DNA from: Octopus vulgaris
Taxonomy: Eukaryota
Assembly (NCBI GenBank): GCA_951406725.2
Contig: OX597814.1
Location: 165,664,001 to 165,728,000 of the forward strand
Reading direction: 5' to 3'
Length of the DNA stretch: 64,000 nt
Position numbers and translations under genes: made by a program. The notes beneath the pieces were generated by a model. That model did no database searches. It was not told where the DNA came from and was given only the letters and a program-made list of their open reading frames with translations. The first letter of the stretch is position 1, and each line of letters opens with the position of its first letter. Positions 51,901 to 60,900 of the stretch are shown piece by piece.

Positions 51901-54900
51901 AAAAAAAAACAACCAAAAAGAGTACTAATGATTTACATTGGCCAAAATTGTATTGGATCGTCCCATAAATAACAATGCTTTTTTTATACTTCTTTTATTT
52001 TTCAAAATTAAAATAAACAAACTTCTTTTTCTAATCTAAAATATAATGTCCTTCATTTTTTACAATGCTCTTCCCTCTATCTGGTAGACTTGCAAGGCTA
52101 CTCTTCCAAAGTTCACTTGAAATATACTCCTCCTGTACTGTTCTGACCTTGTCTACAAAATTCATGTTTTTTCTATCCAAATGATTTTGAAAATTGCGGA
52201 ATAAATAATAATCAGATGGGGTAATGTCTGGTAAATATGGTGGGTGGAGCATTGTTTCCTATTCAAACTGCTCCAGCCTTTGGAATGTCATTATCGCTGT
52301 ATGTGGCTGAGCATTATCCTGATGGAAGAACACCTTTCGTCTTGAAACCAAAGATGGTCGCTTTTCTTCTTGTGCTCACTAAAGCTGCTCAAGCTGTTCA
52401 CAGAAGATCTCCTTTGTTATCATTTGGTTTGGGTTTAAAAGTTCAAGGTGGACCAAACCTTTCATATCCCACCAAAAAGATAACAACACCTTACATGGGT
52501 AAAGACCTTCTTTAGCCTGGGGTGCTGCCAATGTTTCTCCTTTCCCTACCCACTGTCTTTGGCACTTGACATTTTTTCAGAGAACCCATTTCTCATCACC
52601 AGTCACCATTTGGTCTCAAAAAGGTTCATGCATGAGACTTGGCAACAAAGGAGAGCACACATTCACTCTCTGCATGCGATTAGACTTGGAAAGTTTGTGA
52701 GGGACCACTGACCCAATTTGCTGACTTTTCCAATGGCACACAGGTATCGATGAAAAGTTAAATGACCAAATCCAAGCTTCTCTGCTAGTTCCTCAACAGT
52801 TACAATGGGATTTTGTTCCACCAGGGTTTGCAGGACATCCTTGTCAAGCTCTACAGATCTTCCAGGAAGAGGCTTATCTGCAGTTTCCAGCTCAGAATTT
52901 TTAGAGCCACCACTGACACTGGCTTATGCTTATTGTCCAATCCCCATTTACTTCATTCATATTCCTCACACTTTCTATTGCATTGTTGCTTTTATTGAAC
53001 TCATAAAGCAAAATATGCTTTATTACTTCCATTATTGCTTTAAAAAAAAACTGTTAAAATCAAACTGCACTCTTCAAAACTTGTACTAAGAATAATTACA
53101 AGGTAAAATTACTGCCTGCTTCTATAGCAAGTTGATGCAGGTAGTTTATCCTGTCCCCCTCTGACTTTTGGTTCATGCAATTGAAAAAAAATCATATTAT
53201 TTATGGGATGACCCAATATTTATTGATATATAAATAAAATTACTTTAGTAGGTATGCCATCATGACAGTAATTTGAACTCACATCCACAAATTTGTGACT
53301 TCTCAATTAAGTTTATTAAAATCAGTTTATGTCATTTTCAGGAACTGATATGTTACACTACTAGCATCATCAGCTATATATGTAATCAAATCTTCCACTA
53401 AACTGCTATAAATACCTGTTGCTGAACTGCTTGTTCTAAGGTTTGAACCTGAGTTGATAGAAATAAATGTAGAGAAAGAAAAATAATTGCTTCAATGCAA
53501 TGGAAATGTAACTATTCACCCCTGTGGTAGACTGGTCCAAACAATAGATTGTTCAAATGAATATTGCTGAAAAAAAAATTACTTTACTTTTCCCTTCTCT
53601 ACAGATTGGCTTTCAAGCTGTTATGCTGCTAATGGAGTAAATCATTTGCTATTCAGAGTCATATCTCAACAACTTTCATCAGCAGCACTTACTATTATTT
53701 TATCTGCAATCTTGACATTACAGCAACCAACAAATAAGCAGAAAGTTACTGACCTTAGATTTGAAGCCACACAGCTTGCTTACCAATTCTCTTTAAATAA
53801 GTACTAACCCTGCAGACCGTGCATTGACAGTGTTCATTTAACCCTAATATGATGTTTAATTAATTACAACTTGGTTTAAGTTATAAAGCTACTCAACTTT
53901 TGTTTCTCTGTACAAACTAAGCCAACTTTGATGAGTTGTGTGAACTTATAATATAGAACTGGATAAGGCGGCGAGCTGGCAGAAACGTTAGCACGTCGGG
54001 TGAAATGCTTAGCGATATTTTGTCTGTCTTTACATTCTGAGTTCAAATTCCGCCGAGGTCGACTTTCCCTTTCATCCTTTCGGGGTTGATAAATTAATTA
54101 CCAGTTGCATACTGGGGTCAATGTAATTGACTGGCCCCCTCCCCAAAATTTTCGGGTCTTGTGCCTAGAGCAGAAAAGAATATACAACTGGATGTAATAA
54201 CCACTGCAGCCAACCCAATTTACAGTTAAAATCCATAGCAAGTTTTGCAGCTAACTTACACATTCTTTGACCTTTGGATTCTTCTTTCAGCTAGTCTCAA
54301 TCTGAGACACGTGCTTGACAGAATAATTACACAAAATTATAAATCATTTCTGGTAGTTTCCATATTTATTATGTTTTGCTCTACTTTTTGATGGTGCTCT
54401 AACAGAAACTATAATCCACACGCACCCCGTATAACACTTTTTCTATCATTTATGTTCAATGATCATTCTTATATGACATTTCTACAAATGTGTGCACATA
54501 TCTTGTTCTTTCATACTAACACATGAATTGTTGTCTTCTATAACCTTTGAACTGTTGTTTATATTACTTTGAATTGTTGCTTAATATTTAAAATGCTGTC
54601 TAATATTATGAACTGTTGCTTAATACTATTCTTAATCACTTTGAACCAATGCCTTATATAATACTTAAACTACAGATTATATTATTTTGATCATCTGTTT
54701 TTGTATCAATAATAATTACCCCATTACTTAAGTACAGATGGGAAAACTCAAAATAAACTTTTGTATATATGTAAATACAGTTACTGCATTTGTTGTACTC
54801 TTGTCACAATTATTCATTACTATTTTTTCTTATTCTTATACTTTTATACATCCAATTATTCTAACAAGGTCTATCAGTTATTTTTCAGCTATTTTACCAG

Positions 54901-57900
54901 TTTTGAAAATACTTTAACAGTGACTGTCTTCAACTTATACTGCTTATACATATTATACACACACACACACACACACACAATTTCACTGGCTCTATAATTT
55001 CAATCAGTGTTTTATTTTACCAGTTCTGTTGGTAATTTACTGGTTTATTCTATTAGTTTAACTGGGTGTTTTATCTTATTCTGTGATCCACACCACAGCA
55101 AAAATTTCTAGCTGGAATAGCACTGAGAATGTTCAAGACTATTCTCAGTCTTTCACAATGCTTTTCTCTCACAGACAACAATCTCATATTCTCAAACATT
55201 ATTTGGATAATTTGAGAAATAAAAATTTTATATCAATATAAAATATCTTAGTCCACCAATTCTGTCAGTTATTTTTGCCCAAATTTTCTCCTCTGTTCTG
55301 ACCTTTAATAGTTGTTTGAAATTTTCTAGATTCTTTCACATAAGGCTGGTGGAATTAACAAATTAGATAAAAGACTTAGCATTTCCTGCGGTTTTTTACA
55401 TTCTCACTTCAAATTCCACCAAGGTCAGCTTTGCCTTTCATCCTTTTGAGGTCAGTGACATAAGTACCATTTGAGTACTGAGCATAACTAGTTTCTGCCA
55501 CAAAAATTTCATGCCTTGTACCTATAGTAGAAAGGATTATTATTAAGGCAGTGAGCTGGTAGAATTAATAAATCAGACAAAATGCTTAGCACTAATTCTT
55601 CTGGCTCTTTATGTTCTCAGTTCAAATTTCAGTAAGGTCAACTTTGCCTTTTCATCTTTTGGGGTTGATGAAATAAGTACCAGTTCAGCACTGGGATTGA
55701 GATAATAGACTTACCCACTAACCTAAAATTACTGGCCTTGTGCCAAAATTTGAAAGTGTTATTATTGGAATTGTTGTTTGACAGTTGCTTTATTTGTCTG
55801 CTTCAGTATCTTTTCAATTGGCTGCTTCCTAGTAGTTTGGACTATGTTACCAAACACTGCACTCAGATCGTACCTTGTCAATACATGCACCTGGTCCTTA
55901 ACATGTTGAAACTGTATGAATGTCTTCTTGAAGAAATCAGGTAAATTCTGTCATTGGGTTACCTATCACTCATTACCACCACCACCACATTTTTATTTTA
56001 AGCATTTTTATCTATTTTAGATTTTTGTTTTAATATTTATATAATGGCACTGAAGGCAAGTAGGTTCCCAGTAAGCTATTTCTACAATGTCAGTTTAGTT
56101 ACCAGTTGAGAAATTTCACTTCACTTATTCTCCAGCCATAGTAATAACTGTTAGTTTGATATGCATTTGCACATAAACAATCATGTTATTGTTTAGACTC
56201 AGATCAGCTCTCATCAAGTAGACCTATGATCTACTGTATTCTATCCTACTTTTTTTTTTTTTAATTAAACATCATATGTCTAAAACACATTAACTCATTC
56301 TTCTGAAGATAGTAGAATGTTATACAAGAAAAATTTGGCTGCTTTTTCTGCCAAGGCAAGTAACCATTTAAAGGTTCTCTGAATATAAAGTCTTTGGTTG
56401 CCTAACAATCTACTGGGAGTTACAGGGTATTTTCATTGTCATTCCATTATAGTGTTGGCCAACAAGTCGATAGTGGGATCTATCCACCTGTCGATGGTTC
56501 ATAATCAAACACTGATCACAATCCTATGAATCCCTGGCAAAGACACCTTAGTTTCAGTAACTCAGTCCTCCAAATTATAAACTGATATTATAGAGACACA
56601 CAGTTTACTTTTAGAAGTTATAAGGGTACTGAAAAACAAATATTTGATTATCTTAAGTGATATGTACAATTCCACCCTTATTTTAAGAATAGCAACAGAA
56701 AATGTTCTTCAGTAAGGTTCTATGTTAAAATGTTCTATGTTAAAACAGTACATGAAAACAATCTAAAACCTTCAGTGATGTTTTAACAACCCATTGGATT
56801 ATAACATATTTATTTATAATCTTCAGTTTTCTAATTCATAAACTGGAGTTTATTCACCCTTTATCTTTAGAGGGTTGAAAGAATAACAACCAATAATATG
56901 TAGAAATCAACCATAATCTCTTTCCTGCAAAGATTGGCCTTCTGACCAATCAAAAGAAAAGAGTTATTGGTCAGCTTCTTGTACCAATTCAGCACTCTTG
57001 CTTATAGCTTGGTTTGACCTTAGAACATTAATACTAATAGAATTTGAACTATCAGCTCCTCAGCCAGCAGGATTATTGATTTGATCAGCTATGACTGCAT
57101 AGTAGTACCCATAATCCATATTTATATAATACATAAGACTGTGCTAGTCTGAAGTGAGATCTATAGGAACTTATAAAACCTGCCCATCTTTCCTGGAATA
57201 AATCTTTAAAAATAAAGCTGTTTGTTAAAATAATTAAAAACAAAACAAATTTTAATTTCAGACATATCGGAGGTCCACAAGATGAGATGGTTAATGTTGA
57301 TGATATAGCAGGATTTTCAGTAATTCAAGAAAAACTAGCTGAAGAAAAATCTAACATGATTATTACCCACTTCTTGTTTGCATTGGTCTGGTCATTATCA
57401 GCAACTTTGACCTTTGATTCAAGTCTCAAGTTTCAAGAGTTCTTCCACAAGTTATGTGAAACTGAAAGTATAAATGCAAGGTGAAAGGAAATGTTTACAC
57501 ATACACATAAATGCACAATATATATTTATGATTATTCTATATCACTTATCGTCTCTTTCCATCATCTTTTTGTTCTTTGTGTAGTTCAGACTTCCGGCAG
57601 GCGACGAGAGAAGACTTCAAGTACAAATGTTATTTACAACTGGTTTATTTACAGGATTCACAGGATAGGTGAAGTGTGCTGCTCTCAGCTACTATCTTAA
57701 GCTGTGTGCGTTTTGTAGTAGCTCCGTTAGTGCGGCCGCATTGCCTCTGAAGATACACATGCAGAAAGCCTCAGCCAGTGGTGGTGTTCACAAAGTGGCA
57801 CCAAAAAGAGAGATTTGAAGAGGGTTATCCCTTTATATAGTTTTCTATCGCAAACCTCATTGTAATCTCATGCATGGCAAATGGATGCAGGTGAGGTCTC

Positions 57901-60900
57901 GCTCCAGTCTCTGAGATGGCAATGGCTGCCATGAGATCTCATCCAATATGGCGCTGACTGCTTGTGCCACTACACACTTTTAATAATAGAGAAATGAATG
58001 AAGGTAGTGAGCTGGCAAAATCATCAGCACACCAGACAAAATGATTAGCTGCATTTCTTCTGACTTTCTGTCTTCGGTTCAAATACAACTGAGGTCAACT
58101 TTGCCATTCATCCTTTTGGGATTGGTAAAATAAGTACCAGTCAGCACTGGTGTCCATGCAATCGACTTACCCATTCCCCTGAAAATGCTGGTCTTGAACC
58201 AAAATTTAAAGCCAACATTAAGGAAGTGAATAACTAAATTTGTAGAGCAACAAGCATAATGGAACTAGTCACTGAACAATTGATGAACTTATTGAGATAA
58301 TTGATGAGTCCTGGATCACCTGCCAACGAATTTTGAGCAAGGAATTTGTGAAAAATTTTGAACAAGGAATTTCAGCAAAATTTGTGCCTTGCTTCCTCAC
58401 AGAAGTTCAAAAGCAGTCACAACTGAACTGAAAGAATAGTTGAAATTTGATCTAGACCTTTTTTTTTTGAAGGTCATTACTGGTGATGAAAGCTGGTGCT
58501 ATGGAATTTGCAGATGTGGAAGAGGTGACGAAAAAATAAGACAGAGGTATTAAAAGACATCACTTTGCAAGAGTTCCAGCACTGCTTTGAACAGTGGAAA
58601 ACACATCTGGATCGATGCATTGCTCCAAATGGAGAATACTTTGAAGCTGATGAAAGAGTAAAATAATATTGCAATATTCCAGTTTCTTTTGGGCACCCCC
58701 TCATATTATGAATTCAAATACCAAAAAAGACTTCATTTTTTATTCATTCATAGTTAAAATATGTACCAGTTATATACTGGAATCAGCTCAATTGACTATA
58801 TCCCTTTCTTTACATTGTAAGCTCAATTCTTGCAAGTGGTAACTTTACTGTTCATCCTTCTGGTATCAGTAGAATAAATACTCCTTCTTTATGAATTTGT
58901 GTTCCCAGTAAGAAATCATTACATACCTGGTGGGTTGGCTGTGGGGAAAGAAATGGATTTCTCTCTGGTCAAGCACTCATCAATTATTTAAGTGTAACTG
59001 AAGAGGGTGATATATTTGAAAAGTCATGTACTTAAGTATACTTGAAAATTTACTGGAAAGCAGTACTTATCTCCAACCTTAACTGAAGTGGAAGATCAAG
59101 TAGAGAGAGGTAGTGCTCTCTACTAAATATACTGAAAAGTAAGATGAGAGTAGCAAATATGATCCAACTGAATGAATCTACTAATGATAGACAGATCATC
59201 ATCGTTTAACGTCTGTTTTCCATGCTAGCATGGGTTGGACGATTTGACTGAGGACTGGCAAACCAGATGGCTGCACCAGGCTCCAATCTTGATTTGATAG
59301 AGTTTCTACAGCTGGATGCTTTTACATGCCACTGGCATGAGGGCCAGTCAGGTGGTACTAGCAACAGTCACAGAAAAATCGTGTTTTTTTTTTACGTGTC
59401 ACCTGCACACCGGCACAGGTGCCAGTAAGACAGATAGTTGTTACTGTTAAGTTTTTTCCTTTGAGGAAGAATGTGCAACTCAAAATTGATTAAGGTTACC
59501 AGAGTACATGGACACAGAGATACAAAACATTCTGGAGAAGGAAAGTATGAAAGCTGAATGATTCTTCAGTAATTTAAAAATTCAAAAAAGAGCTGGACAA
59601 TATATATTACAAGAAAGAGGAGACCTATAACACAGAAGACAACTTGGAGTTTTTTGGAGATGAACTGCTGTGACACACAGACTAGATTTGTAGATGGTGT
59701 AAAGTTCCAGCTATATGGGAGGTAAAAATATTAGATGAATGCTATAGAGATATAAGGAAGTTAGGCAATAGGCCTGGAAAGAATAAGAGAAAAAAGGAGC
59801 AAAATTAGAAAGCTAGAAGAGAAGTTAAACTCTAAAAGAGTATTGTTATTTGCTTGAAGTATTGCAATATGTATGAGAGAATTGCTTGAAAAGCCATTGA
59901 ACAATGCAGGTAGGGACTGAAATATGAAAGGTGATGTCAATGAATAGAAGCAGGGATAAATATATAGTCTTACTTTACAAAGGTTCTTTAATATTCCTAT
60001 GTTCCAACTTTTGTCTTCATCCACTAACATCACCAATGTGTTTTCATTAATTTTTGACCTGCATTGCTCAAAACTTTTTCAAAAAGTTATCTAATTATAC
60101 ACTTGTGCAAAGAGAAAAGTTGAATGCAAGAAGTTTGCCAATATTCTGCAACATGTGGATGAGGGGCAGTTGTTGTTCAGAATTGCAAAGCAATGTATCA
60201 CTATGAATAGAGACCTCATGATGTCATTGGCGAAAAGTGTGGAATGATAATGCATTGACACTGAGGAGGAACATAGAATTTGTTTACAAATGATTTTATA
60301 CCCATGCCAGCATAGAAAATGGATGTTAGATGTTGATGATCACATACACCAGGGGTAGCTGAAAAGTTTCTGGCTTTAGGTAAAAGAAAATACAGGATCA
60401 GTTTATGATTTTATTCAACATATTCCCCTCTCAGATTCACACACTTATTGTAGTAGTCCTTCAGTTTTTATAAACTTTGTAAAAGAATTAGGAAGGTTGA
60501 GCCTCCAACCAGACCTTTCATGATATCCTTAAAGCCAGGAACTTTTCAGCACCCCCTCGTATATGTGTATATATATAAATATGTGTGTGTGAGTGTGTGT
60601 GTCAATGGGTGGGTGGATATAGATGAATAGTGATACACATATACATATGTGTATCTGCTTGTGAGTGCATACATCTGTGAAAGTAAGAATGCAGTCACCT
60701 TAAAACTTATATATACTTATATATATATTATTTATCTAAGTGTTTTTAATTTTTTTAAATATTTTATTTTGGCAGGCCTAAAGAAATGAAATTCTCTCGA
60801 AGTCTCTTAATCCCTAAGAAAGGATCCATTTATGATTATATTTATATGAAGAAGCAATATGGATCTTGGAGGACTTGGGAAAGTCTTGTTGATCCAACAA

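Noticed and set aside
57262-57350. Apparent small insertion in exon 26 relative to vertebrate DNAH3
   Set aside because: Falls in a loop I recall as length-variable among dynein heavy chains
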